Below, piece after piece: positions 1 to 8,905 of a DNA stretch of 64,000 nt. The notes beneath the pieces were generated by a model. It saw only the letters and a list, made by a program, of their open reading frames with translations, did no database searches and had not been told where the DNA came from. Each line of letters starts with the position of its first letter. Position 1 is the stretch's first letter. The translations under genes and the position numbers were made by a program. The stretch comes from Bacilli bacterium (GTDB lineage Bacteria; Bacillota_I; Bacilli_A; RF39; UBA660), in NCBI GenBank assembly GCA_017404385.1, contig JAFRCK010000022.1, positions 10,674 through 74,673 on the forward strand, written 5' to 3'.

Positions 1-2
1 AT

Positions 3-521
3 ATAACTGAATATAAAATAAGTAATAAACTAACGATTAAATTAGAATTTATTGGAATAGAGGATTTTGATAGTTTAAACTATTATAGATATAAATTTAT
101 TGTTAATGATAATTATATTTTAGAAGATGGAACAACAGGTGATGAAAGAAAAATATCAGTATTAGATAATTATTTAATATTGAAAAATGATCAAAATACT
201 GATCAAAGAAGTACTAAATTATTCATTTATTCTTTTGATGGTAAAAAAATAGATGAAATATATCAATTAGAAGACGATGAAGGCATGATTACTAAATCAT
301 ATGAAGTAAATGATGTTTTAAAAATAACAGGTACTAGATTAACTTATAATAATAATTTTGTATATAATGGAAAAACTTATACAGCTTGTAATAATAAGTT
401 AGATGATTCATTAGTTTTAACAAAAGAATATGAGTATTTAATTAGTAATAATAAATTAGAATTAAAAAATGAAAAAGAAATAGAAAAATTAAAAGATTAT
501 AAAAAGAATAATTGTAATTAA
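3..521 (+). CDS. hypothetical protein, 3' part (ORF open to window edge)
   Basis: Frame 3 is open from base 3 to the TAA at 519-521, so the TTG at 180 in the ORF track is probably internal. No recognisable motif. Confidence 0.45.
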   Translation: MTEYKISNKLTIKLEFIGIEDFDSLNYYRYKFIVNDNYILEDGTTGDERKISVLDNYLILKNDQNTDQRSTKLFIYSFDGKKIDEIYQLEDDEGMITKSYEVNDVLKITGTRLTYNNNFVYNGKTYTACNNKLDDSLVLTKEYEYLISNNKLELKNEKEIEKLKDYKKNNCN

Positions 522-525
522 AAAA

Positions 526-550
526 GCAATTCCAATTGGAATTGTTTTTT
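526..550. terminator. bidirectional rho-independent terminator between convergent genes
   Basis: Hairpin CAATTCCA-AT-TGGAATTG flanked by an A-run and a T-run, between the + ORF ending at 521 and the - ORF ending at 549. Confidence 0.6.
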
Positions 551-779
551 AACGTATATTAGAATACGAATTATAATCTATAGCCTGAGGATACATGCTT
601 CCTTCTAATCTTGATACTCTATTTTGTAAATTATCTATTTGTTTTTCTAATTTTTTGATCTTATTCTCCATATCATTATTCATAGAACAATTATTATTCA
701 TATTTGGATACATAATTGGTCCATTTGGATATGGAAAACTCATCATATTATAGCTTTCAACACCTGGGAATGTATTCAT
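549..779 (-). CDS. small hypothetical protein with coiled-coil segment
   Basis: 76-aa ORF with GGAGG-like RBS (aaggaggttttt, reverse strand) just upstream. Heptad-like KIKKLEKQIDNLQNRVSRLE. No family recognised. Confidence 0.4.
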   Translation of the reverse strand: MNTFPGVESYNMMSFPYPNGPIMYPNMNNNCSMNNDMENKIKKLEKQIDNLQNRVSRLEGSMYPQAIDYNSYSNIR

Positions 780-915
780 ACAAAAACCTCCTTATTAGTT
801 CTATTTTAATATATGCATTTGTACTAAATTTTGTGTAAAATTATGTCTAAAAATATTTAAAAAAAACTATTGTTTTTCTAAATTTTAAGTGATATAATCT
901 CCGTGAGGGAAGAGT

Positions 916-1494
916 ATGAAAGAAAAACATGTTAAGGGATTATATTGGTATATTAAAAGATTATTGGATATTATTTTTTCATTTGTATTGCTTATAATAA
1001 CAAGTCCAATAATGTTAATAGTTTCAATTTGTTTATTAATAAATTTAGGTAGACCTATATATAATCAAAGAAGGTATAGAGAAGGTTTAAATAAGAAGAA
1101 ATTTTTAATGTATAAATTAAGAACAAAAAAATTAGATTCTGATCATTTGCCTAGAAGACAAAGATATACTAATTTTTCTTATATTATAGATAAAAGTCAT
1201 TTAAATGAATTACCACAACTTATAAATATACTAAAAGGTGATATGAGCTTTATTGGGCCAAGACCTTTTATACCGGATGAAGATTTACCAAATAGTAAAA
1301 TAGATAAAAAAAGATACTTAGTAAGACCAGGGGTAACTGGACTAGCTTATATAAATGGTGGTAAATTTATGTCACATAAAAGTAAACTGAAATATGATTC
1401 TATTTATTATGAAAATTTTGGATTTATTCAAGATTTAAAAATATTATTAAAAACACCAATAGAAGTAATAAGACAATCAAAAGGCAAAAAATAA
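916..1494 (+). CDS. bacterial sugar transferase (polyprenyl-phosphate glycosyl-1-phosphate transferase family)
   Basis: N-terminal TM helix, then LNELPQLINILKGDMSFIGPRP and RPGVTGLA motifs typical of the WbaP/EpsL-type sugar transferase domain. Confidence 0.8.
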   Translation: MKEKHVKGLYWYIKRLLDIIFSFVLLIITSPIMLIVSICLLINLGRPIYNQRRYREGLNKKKFLMYKLRTKKLDSDHLPRRQRYTNFSYIIDKSHLNELPQLINILKGDMSFIGPRPFIPDEDLPNSKIDKKRYLVRPGVTGLAYINGGKFMSHKSKLKYDSIYYENFGFIQDLKILLKTPIEVIRQSKGKK

Positions 1495-1561
1495 TTTGTC
1501 TTTTTCTTTGACTTTAAATATCAATTACTATATAATAAACGCTTATCAAGGAGATATTAAT

Positions 1562-2224
1562 ATGAAATATACCTATGACGTTAATGATAATACAGAAAAA
1601 TATGTATTCGCACCAAAAAGAAAAAGATTAACTCCTTATCATAATGGGAGATTCTTAGTTGATATAGAATTTTCTAGTTTAGGTAAAAGAGAAAAATTAT
1701 TTAGATTATCAAGAGGAGAAAAACCTCAATGTAAACCTAGAACTATTAAAATAAATAAAAATAAAATATATCACTATGTTAACGGAGAACTTGATATATT
1801 ATTTGAAAAGTTATCTGATCAAATATTAGACTTTAAATATAGAAAAGAGTTAGAATGTTATAAAAGATATGGTAAATGTCATGAAATGAGCATGTCTTTA
1901 CTTGGTTCACTTAAAGAAGCAAATATATTAACTGGTTATATATCAATAGAAAATGAAGATATTCTTCACTCAGTTGTTGAATGTGAAAGAGATGGTAAAA
2001 CAAAAATAATAGACTATACTAAGAATATTATTATGGATAAAGAAGATTATGTAGGTTTAACTAATTTTAGAGTATTTCAAAGAATAAGCCGTAAAGACTT
2101 TTTAAAAGATAGAAAAATACTAAGAAAGTATTTTAATAATTTATCATCAAGATTCTATTTATGTTTTAGAGATGAAATAATGAATGAAATTAAGAATAAG
2201 AAAAAAATATTAAAGTTGAAATAG
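1562..2224 (+). CDS. uncharacterised paralog family member 1 (predicted Cys-His-Asp fold)
   Basis: ATG at 1562 follows AAGGAGA; the TTG at 1496 in the ORF track is unlikely. Shares GKC-x-E-x-S, LHSV, IDYTKN and the C-terminal FYLCFRDEIMNEIKNKKKILKLK with the ORFs at 2234 and 3642. Confidence 0.55.
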   Translation: MKYTYDVNDNTEKYVFAPKRKRLTPYHNGRFLVDIEFSSLGKREKLFRLSRGEKPQCKPRTIKINKNKIYHYVNGELDILFEKLSDQILDFKYRKELECYKRYGKCHEMSMSLLGSLKEANILTGYISIENEDILHSVVECERDGKTKIIDYTKNIIMDKEDYVGLTNFRVFQRISRKDFLKDRKILRKYFNNLSSRFYLCFRDEIMNEIKNKKKILKLK

Positions 2225-2233
2225 GGGAATAAT

Positions 2234-2872
2234 ATGATTGATAATAAAAATGGAATAAATAGTAAAACTTTTGATTTATTATTAGGAAAAGATAAGTTTA
2301 AGATTAGAGAAAAAACAAAAAGCGCTAAAGAAGAAGCACTAAAAACAATAGAGTTATTTACTTTATTAAGTGATGAAGAAGAGGATGAATATTTATATGG
2401 TTATAGTGACATAGTAAATAAAGATGGGACATATTTTTATGTTGGAGGTAGAAGACAATATATGTTTGATAGAATGGATAAATATAGTAATCCTGAAGAT
2501 GCTTCTAAATTAAGAACTAAAGATAGATATGGTTTATGTTGCCCAGAATCAATGAGATTAGCTTTTGAAAGAAATAAAGGTGGAAAAGTGGTAATAGGGT
2601 ATATTCATTATACTGAAAAGAAGATAATACATGCGGTATATGAAGAAGATGGAATAGTATATGACTATACTAAGAATTTAGTTATGATGAGTCATGATTA
2701 TTACAATTTAACTGATTTTGAGGAATTAAATACTGTTACAAGAAAAGAACTACAGTCAGATTATGAATATATACATAAATATGAATCAATACCATTAAAA
2801 CTATATTTAATATTTAGAGATGAATTTATGAGAGATTTAAAAAAGAATAAGAAAGTATTAAAAATAAAGTGA
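2234..2872 (+). CDS. uncharacterised paralog family member 2
   Basis: GLCCPESM, IHAV, YDYTKN and the C-terminal LYLIFRDEFMRDLKKNKKVLKIK align with the ORFs at 1562 and 3642. Confidence 0.55.
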   Translation: MIDNKNGINSKTFDLLLGKDKFKIREKTKSAKEEALKTIELFTLLSDEEEDEYLYGYSDIVNKDGTYFYVGGRRQYMFDRMDKYSNPEDASKLRTKDRYGLCCPESMRLAFERNKGGKVVIGYIHYTEKKIIHAVYEEDGIVYDYTKNLVMMSHDYYNLTDFEELNTVTRKELQSDYEYIHKYESIPLKLYLIFRDEFMRDLKKNKKVLKIK

Positions 2873-2942
2873 GCGTAAAACACTTGCTTTTTTGTTGACA
2901 TTTTTTATGGTGGGGCGTACCATTATTATAGGAGGAAAACGT

Positions 2943-3581
2943 ATGGAAAATAAGAAAAGTGGAAAAGGTTTGGTTATATGTTTGACTATATTTATGTTAG
3001 TGTTTGCAGCATGTGCAGTATTATTATTCACTGGAGTAATAAAGAGTCCAATGGTAAAATGTGAGGATAAAACTACAGAAAAAACTAGTACAAAGACAGA
3101 TGATGATACAAAGAAATCATCTACAACAGAAAAGACAGTAGATGAAAGATATAAAGATTATTTAAATAATCTTGCTAATGAAATAAAAGAAAAATCAAAA
3201 TTTGATGATGGTACTTTAGAAGCTGATTTACCAGGAATTGTAAATAGTACATATGATTTCGAATCTAAAATGTATACAGTAAGTATTAATAAAAATTTAG
3301 AACTTACATTTACTGGTAATGGATATAGTAATTATAAAATAGCTGATAATGTAGTTCTTTATAATAGAATATTTTATGGAAATGGTGGATATAGTAATAT
3401 ATACTATATAACTACAGATGGAAAAATACATATGTCAAATATGGAGGCAGTAGCATTTTTAGGAAAGGAACCTAATATTACTGATGTTGATAAAAAGAAT
3501 ATAGTAAATATAATACAAGGTTCTTCATCAGCTGGATTCCCTATTTTTATAGATATAGAAGGTAATGTTTATACTAACTAA
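2943..3581 (+). CDS. membrane-anchored secreted protein
   Basis: ATG at 2943 follows AGGAGG. One N-terminal TM helix (LVICLTIFMLVFAACAVLLFTGV), then a T/K/D-rich linker and a globular domain. Confidence 0.5.
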   Translation: MENKKSGKGLVICLTIFMLVFAACAVLLFTGVIKSPMVKCEDKTTEKTSTKTDDDTKKSSTTEKTVDERYKDYLNNLANEIKEKSKFDDGTLEADLPGIVNSTYDFESKMYTVSINKNLELTFTGNGYSNYKIADNVVLYNRIFYGNGGYSNIYYITTDGKIHMSNMEAVAFLGKEPNITDVDKKNIVNIIQGSSSAGFPIFIDIEGNVYTN

Positions 3582-3605
3582 GCAAGTGATAACTTGCTTT
3601 TTTTA
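3581..3605 (+). terminator. rho-independent terminator
   Basis: AGCAAGT-GATA-ACTTGCT followed by a T-run. Confidence 0.7.
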
Positions 3606-3641
3606 TTGTTTTTAGTATAATAATTACTCGTTGGTGATTTT

Positions 3642-4301
3642 ATGATTAGAAAAGATAAAAGTAATACTTTAGATGGTATTAATAACAATACATATGAATT
3701 ATTATTTAGTGATGAAAGAATTACTTCAATTGCAAAAGATGATAGAGAATTTTTAGCAGCTGCGATTCAAGAATTTACTAAATTATCTGATGAAGATATT
3801 GATTATGTTATAAGAGAAACAAATATTTTTAAGAAAAATGGAAAAATGTATGAGGCTAGAAAAGAATCTAAAATATATAGATTTTCTTTATTAGATTATT
3901 TTTTAGAAGAACGTAAAGATGAATTAAGAAGTGAAGATAGATTAGGAAAATGTACCGAAAAATCAATTAGTCTTGCAATGGGCAATGTAAATAAAAGTAA
4001 AGTTGTAATAGGCTATTTAGATAACAGTGTTGATAAAGTGCTTCATGCTATATTTGTAGATTATACTTATGATAAAGAATATGTTTTTGATTATTCAATG
4101 AATATAGTAATGGAAAAAAGGCAGTACTTAGAGTTAATGGATTATGATATTATAAATGAAATAGAATCAGTGAATATTAAAAAAGATAAAAAAATACTTG
4201 ATAGATTTGATCATTTTGGAACTAAATTTTATTTATGTTATAGAGATGAAATAATGAATAATTTAGAAAAGAATAAAAAGGTGTTAAGATTAGAAGACTA
4301 G
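3642..4301 (+). CDS. uncharacterised paralog family member 3
   Basis: GKCTEKSISLA, LHAIF, FDYSMN and the C-terminal FYLCYRDEIMNNLEKNKKVLRLED align with the ORFs at 1562 and 2234. Confidence 0.55.
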   Translation: MIRKDKSNTLDGINNNTYELLFSDERITSIAKDDREFLAAAIQEFTKLSDEDIDYVIRETNIFKKNGKMYEARKESKIYRFSLLDYFLEERKDELRSEDRLGKCTEKSISLAMGNVNKSKVVIGYLDNSVDKVLHAIFVDYTYDKEYVFDYSMNIVMEKRQYLELMDYDIINEIESVNIKKDKKILDRFDHFGTKFYLCYRDEIMNNLEKNKKVLRLED

Positions 4302-4342
4302 TTTTTATTCTTTTTTTATTATATAATTAAGAAGGTGATTAA

Positions 4343-4972
4343 ATGAGACTTAGAAATAATAAAAATGCTAAAGGAATTCTTGAAGAATCAAAATATGTTG
4401 TTAAGAATCCTGAAACTATTAAAGGTAAATGGAATAAGGAATTTGGTAATAATAATCCTATTGAAATAGAAATAGGCTGTGGAAAAGGCAATTTTATAAT
4501 AGAAAATGCACTAACATATCCAAATAAGAATTTTATTGGTATAGAAATGTATGATACTGTTTTAATGTACGCAATTGACAAAATAGATAAAGATATTCCA
4601 AATCTTAAATTTATTAGGATGGATGCTAGATTAATCGAAGATGTATTTGATAAAGAAATAGATTTAATATATCTTAATTTTTCTGATCCATGGCCAAAAA
4701 CTAGAAATGCTAAAAGAAGACTTACTCATGAAAGATTTTTAGAAAGATATGAGAATATTTTTAAAAAAGAAAAAAAGATATATATGAAGACAGACAATGT
4801 AAACTTATTTGAATTTTCTATAGAGTCACTATCATGTTTTGGATACAAATTAAAAAATGTTAGTTTAGATTTAGTTAATAGTAATTTTGAAGGAAATATC
4901 ATGACTGAATATGAAAAAAAGTTTACAGAAAAAGGAATAAAAATTAACAGATTAGAAGCATATAAAGATTAA
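4343..4972 (+). CDS. trmB: tRNA (guanine-N7)-methyltransferase
   Basis: SAM-binding IEIGCGKGNF and the family motif LNFSDPWPKTR. Size of about 210 aa is typical. Confidence 0.85.
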   Translation: MRLRNNKNAKGILEESKYVVKNPETIKGKWNKEFGNNNPIEIEIGCGKGNFIIENALTYPNKNFIGIEMYDTVLMYAIDKIDKDIPNLKFIRMDARLIEDVFDKEIDLIYLNFSDPWPKTRNAKRRLTHERFLERYENIFKKEKKIYMKTDNVNLFEFSIESLSCFGYKLKNVSLDLVNSNFEGNIMTEYEKKFTEKGIKINRLEAYKD

Positions 4973-5041
4973 TTTATAAAAAAGTACTTTTATAATATGC
5001 TTTTTTTTGGTATAATAATAAAGATAAAAGTAGGTGTTTAA

Positions 5042-5731
5042 ATGAATAGACATAAAGTATTACTATTTTTATTAACAGTAGTAATCTTATTAGGTTCTAC
5101 TGCTTGTAGTATTGTAAATATTAGCAGTAATAATTACATCAAAAATATTGAAGCCATTTTATCAAGAAATAGTAAATATGTTAATAAAGGCGCTATTGGA
5201 TTTCAATACTTTTTACCTAATGGTGTATCAGTATTTGAAGTAAATGACTTTAATCAAAAGTTATTATCTAATGGTGATATTTATTATTTGTATGCCGATG
5301 TAGTAAGTTATTATCATGGGGTAAATAATTCCTATGAAGAAAACGAAAATGCTTATTTATCTAAGAAATTTGAGTATAATAATAAACAGGGCTATGTCGA
5401 AGTAAATGAAGCAAAGAATTCTTATTTTGTAGAAATGATGTTTAATTATGCAAAAATAGAGAGTGTAGTTAAGAAGAGTAATTTAAAAGATTCATTAAAT
5501 AATATGGCATACATTTTATCAAGCATTAAATATAACGATGATGTAGTTGAAAATTTACTTGGCGATGAAAAATATAAAGTTTCTGAAGCTGAGAAATATA
5601 ATATATTTGAAACTAAGAAAGTTACAAATGATAATTTCTTGAAGTATGATGAAGAATATGGTCACTATGATGGTGAAGATGCTGTAGATTTAATAGAGAA
5701 AAAAGAAATCAATCAGAATGAGGATAATTAG
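5042..5731 (+). CDS. lipoprotein, unknown function
   Basis: Signal peptide with lipobox LLGSTAC. Confidence 0.55.
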   Translation: MNRHKVLLFLLTVVILLGSTACSIVNISSNNYIKNIEAILSRNSKYVNKGAIGFQYFLPNGVSVFEVNDFNQKLLSNGDIYYLYADVVSYYHGVNNSYEENENAYLSKKFEYNNKQGYVEVNEAKNSYFVEMMFNYAKIESVVKKSNLKDSLNNMAYILSSIKYNDDVVENLLGDEKYKVSEAEKYNIFETKKVTNDNFLKYDEEYGHYDGEDAVDLIEKKEINQNEDN

Positions 5732-5741
5732 AGGTGATGAT

Positions 5742-6782
5742 ATGAGTTTACTTAATAAAGTTAAAAACTTTTTCTATGAAGAAGTTGAAGTTGATGAGGA
5801 AGAAGAAGCGCGTAAAGAAGAAGAAAAAAGAAGATTAAAAGAGCAAAAAAGAGAAGAAAGAAGAAAAGCTTCAATAGAAAAAATAGAAAAAATGAAACAT
5901 GAAAGAGCTTTAAAAGAGGAAAAGAAGAGAGTAGAACAAGAATTACAAAGAACAGTTGAGGTTGAAAGACCAAAGCCAATTCAAAATGAAGATTTAACAG
6001 AAAGAGAATTATTCAAAAGTGAAAGAACTTTCAATTTTCCTATGGATTTAGGTGACGATATTTTTGATGAAGAACCAAAAAGAGAAGAAGTTGCTGTAAA
6101 GCCTAAAGTTGAAGAGAGAAAAACAACTTATGTTAGTCCTACTACTGTAAGAAGATATGAAAATATTAGTAGACAAACAGTAGAAGAAGTTAAAGAAGAA
6201 CCTCATAAGTTCCGTCCAACTCCAGTTATATCACCAATATATGGTATATTAGATAAGAATTATAGTGTTGATGACGTTAAAGAAAAAAGTTTAGATAAAA
6301 CAAAAGAATTTTCTATTGAAAAGAAAATAGTAGATTTTGATTCTGTTAGAAATAGAGCTTATAAAGAATTAGACGAAGAAATAGAAAAGACATTAACAGA
6401 TTCAAAAGATATATTTTATAATTTAGATTCTGAAGAACCAGCTGCATCAAATGATATATCTGATTATGAAGAAGAACCACATAATGCCGAAGAAGATACA
6501 GACGTAGTTATTACATACGAAGATATTCCTGAAGAACCTGATTTTGAAGAAGCTAAGGAAGTAGAGATTCAAGAAAAAACAATTGAAGAAGAAGATGACG
6601 ATTTTGAAATGCCTACTCCTGATATTGAAATACCAAAGAAAACAACAAAAACAAAAAGAACAAGAAGATCAAAAAAAGTAGATGATGAAGAAGAGGCAGA
6701 AACCTCAGAAGATTCAAAAGAAGATTTATTTAATTTAATAGATAATATGTATAGTGATGATGACGAGGAGGATGAAGATTAA
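5742..6782 (+). CDS. highly charged E/K/D-rich protein, unknown function
   Basis: Likely start is the ATG at 5742 (MSLLNKVKNFFYEE). Long EEKRRLKEQKREERRK low-complexity region and an acidic C-terminus. The N-terminal amphipathic segment resembles the membrane-targeting helices of division proteins, but this is only a resemblance. Confidence 0.45.
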   Translation: MSLLNKVKNFFYEEVEVDEEEEARKEEEKRRLKEQKREERRKASIEKIEKMKHERALKEEKKRVEQELQRTVEVERPKPIQNEDLTERELFKSERTFNFPMDLGDDIFDEEPKREEVAVKPKVEERKTTYVSPTTVRRYENISRQTVEEVKEEPHKFRPTPVISPIYGILDKNYSVDDVKEKSLDKTKEFSIEKKIVDFDSVRNRAYKELDEEIEKTLTDSKDIFYNLDSEEPAASNDISDYEEEPHNAEEDTDVVITYEDIPEEPDFEEAKEVEIQEKTIEEEDDDFEMPTPDIEIPKKTTKTKRTRRSKKVDDEEEAETSEDSKEDLFNLIDNMYSDDDEEDED

Positions 6783-7075
6783 TGGATTTCTTAAGTCAAT
6801 TATTACCTATAATAATTTATGTATTATTAATTGTCTTAATAATACTATTAATTGTTATAGCAATTAAAACTATTAAGACAATGAATAAAGTTGATGAAAT
6901 AGTAGATAATGTTGATAAAAAAGTAAAAGCATTAGATGGAGTATTTTCTTTAATAGAAACTACAACTGATAAATTTACATCAATTACTGAAACAATAATA
7001 GGCTCAATTACAGGCTTTTTTGCAAGTCTATTTAGTAAAAAAAAGAATAAAGATAAAATAGAGGAGGATGAGTAA
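6782..7075 (+). CDS. DUF948-like small membrane protein
   Basis: One N-terminal TM helix followed by a coiled segment. Paired with a YtxH-like gene, as in other Bacillota. Confidence 0.5.
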   Translation: MDFLSQLLPIIIYVLLIVLIILLIVIAIKTIKTMNKVDEIVDNVDKKVKALDGVFSLIETTTDKFTSITETIIGSITGFFASLFSKKKNKDKIEEDE

Positions 7076-7076
7076 T

Positions 7077-7472
7077 ATGAAAAAGACTACAGGATTTTTA
7101 TTAGGTGCTGGAATAGGTGCTGGTATTGCTTTATTATTCACTACAAAAAAAGGGGAAGAATTAAGAAAGTCTTTATCTGCTAAATTTGATGAATTAGTTA
7201 ATAAAGCTAAAGAAATTGATCCAAAAGAAGTTAAGGCTAATATTGAAAAGAAAGTTAATGAAATTAAAGCTGAGTTAAAAGACTTAGATAAAGAAAAAGT
7301 AAAAGCCATTGCGGCTAAAAAAGGTGAACAAATTAAAGCTAAAGCTGAAGATTTAGTTGTTTACGCTAAAGAAAAGGGTACACCAGTTCTTGAAAAAACA
7401 GCTAATGCAGCTAGATTAGAAGCTATAAAAGTTGTTAAAGAAGTACTTAAAAAATTAGAAGCTAAGGAATAG
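7077..7472 (+). CDS. YtxH-domain general-stress-type protein
   Basis: GFLLGAGIGAGIALLFTTKKGEELR N-terminus, then a K/E-rich helical region. The ATG at 7077 has better spacing to GAGGAGG than the ATG at 7068. Confidence 0.6.
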   Translation: MKKTTGFLLGAGIGAGIALLFTTKKGEELRKSLSAKFDELVNKAKEIDPKEVKANIEKKVNEIKAELKDLDKEKVKAIAAKKGEQIKAKAEDLVVYAKEKGTPVLEKTANAARLEAIKVVKEVLKKLEAKE

Positions 7473-7505
7473 CCTTCTAATTTTTTTGTAATAAAGGAGG
7501 AAAAT

Positions 7506-8039
7506 ATGTGTAGAATTATGACTTCAAATTACAAAAATTGTGTAACAGAAAATGGAATTTCTATCTCAGGTGATAGAGGAAGGAGTGCGGGTTTTACTGG
7601 TCTAGCTTTACCTGAACTTGCTCCTAAAAAAGAATTTTGGCAAGTATGGCATAATAGTTTAGGAAAGATTCCAAAAGAAGCAAGTGATAAGTATTATGTA
7701 AAGGAATATTATAGACAAGTTTTAAGTAAATTAGATCCAAAAGAAGTATTAAAAAAGATTCCAGATGGTTCAATTTTATTATGTTATGAAAAATCAGATG
7801 AATTTTGTCATAGACACCTTGTTGCCTTTTGGTTTGAATTATTTTTAGGTATTTCTTCTTCTGAAGTAATAGAGAATCCTAAACGAGAAACCGTTAGAAA
7901 GGTTAAAAGACCAGATTATTTAAAACAAGTACTAGAAGATGTTATAAAAGAAGAATTTGATATTAATAATTTTGATATTATAAAAAAATTATATGAAAAG
8001 AATCTAATACGAAGAAAAAGTTTGACTTTAAAAAGATAA
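7506..8039 (+). CDS. DUF488-family protein
   Basis: LLCYEKSDEFCHRHLVA motif typical of DUF488. AGGAGG RBS upstream. Confidence 0.5.
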   Translation: MCRIMTSNYKNCVTENGISISGDRGRSAGFTGLALPELAPKKEFWQVWHNSLGKIPKEASDKYYVKEYYRQVLSKLDPKEVLKKIPDGSILLCYEKSDEFCHRHLVAFWFELFLGISSSEVIENPKRETVRKVKRPDYLKQVLEDVIKEEFDINNFDIIKKLYEKNLIRRKSLTLKR

Positions 8040-8084
8040 TATATTAAAATTAAATTGTTAATGTTGATTGGCAAAATAGTAATT

Positions 8085-8257
8085 AATTAAATGAATAGAA
8101 GAGATTTAAGTGGTTGGTGAAAACTTAAACATATAATTAATGAATATACATTGCTAGTAGTTAAATCGTATACGCGTTAAGTATTAAGAGCATAGTAATT
8201 TCTATGAAGTAAGGTGGTACCGCTGTAATTAGTCCTTACATCATAGGAATTTTTTTG
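8085..8257 (+). promoter_or_regulatory. T-box leader (tyrosine-type) with terminator/antiterminator
   Basis: Conserved T-box sequence AAGGTGGTACCGC at 8211-8223. Stem I elements AGAGA and GTGGTTGGTGAAA. UAC candidates at 8147-8149 and 8171-8173. Terminator helix TCTATGAAGTAAGG / CCTTACATCATAGGA followed by a T-run ending near 8256. tyrS lies downstream. Confidence 0.8.
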
Positions 8258-8272
8258 TTTTATGGAGGCTTT

Positions 8273-8905
8273 ATGATAAAAAGAATAATATTAGATGAAG
8301 ATAATACTCTAATACCATGGCATAATGAATATATTAATTCATATGGATATGCATTAGATGAACTTGGTATAGAACATACTGATAAAGATATTTATGATAT
8401 AGATGATGCAGTTGATAAATATGAACAGTACTTTAATATGTATGATAGAAAAAAAATGAATGATTTTGTTAATGAAAGAGTAAATATTGATTTACCAGAT
8501 AATTTTATAGATATCGCAATTAAATATTTAGCAAAGTGTTATAAAGAAGAAGATAAAAGTATTTCAAAAGTACTTGAATATTTATCTAGTAAATATGAAT
8601 TAGTAGTACTAAGTAATTGGTTTAGAGAAAATCAAGAATCTAGATTAAAAGATCTTGGCTTAGATAAATATTTTACTGACATGGTTTTTACTGATGAAGT
8701 ACTAAATAAACCAAATAAAGAAGCTTTTATAAAAGCATGTGCTGATAAAAGCCCTGATGAATGTATAATGGTTGGAGATAATTTTGATGTAGATATTATA
8801 GGAGCAGTAAATGCAGGTATAAAAGCAATACTTATTGATCCTAATGATAAATATGAATATGAAAATAAAATAAAAAATATAAATGAATTGGAGGAATTAT
8901 TATGA
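8273..8905 (+). CDS. HAD-superfamily hydrolase
   Basis: Motif I LDEDNTL (DxDxT) and motif IV VGDNFDVDIIGA. The ATG at 8273 follows GGAGG. Confidence 0.7.
   Translation: MIKRIILDEDNTLIPWHNEYINSYGYALDELGIEHTDKDIYDIDDAVDKYEQYFNMYDRKKMNDFVNERVNIDLPDNFIDIAIKYLAKCYKEEDKSISKVLEYLSSKYELVVLSNWFRENQESRLKDLGLDKYFTDMVFTDEVLNKPNKEAFIKACADKSPDECIMVGDNFDVDIIGAVNAGIKAILIDPNDKYEYENKIKNINELEELL

Noticed and set aside
1496-1561. Upstream alternative starts given in the ORF track (1496, 2892, 5718, 7068, 8255, 10568, 17989, 19758, 21490, 25013, 37494, 39420, 40208, 41632, 43341, 49730, 50777, 57977, 59964)
   Set aside because: In each case an in-frame ATG or GTG a few codons downstream has a properly spaced Shine-Dalgarno sequence. 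The extended version would either start on top of the RBS or run through a terminator, promoter or repeat.
4339-4581. Antisense ORFs from the track that lie inside better-supported + strand genes. They start at 4339, 5761, 7028, 11594, 13422, 14040, 18631, 21076, 21845, 22625, 23231, 23726, 26914, 38305, 40315, 44380, 45290, 45369, 47720, 52316, 53258, 56605 and 63098.
   Set aside because: All are embedded opposite genes with clear family motifs. They have skewed low-complexity composition (Leu/Phe/Ile/Ser-rich) typical of the reverse frame of AT-rich coding DNA, and they lack ribosome-binding sites. The one at 63098..63304 also spans a terminator and a promoter.
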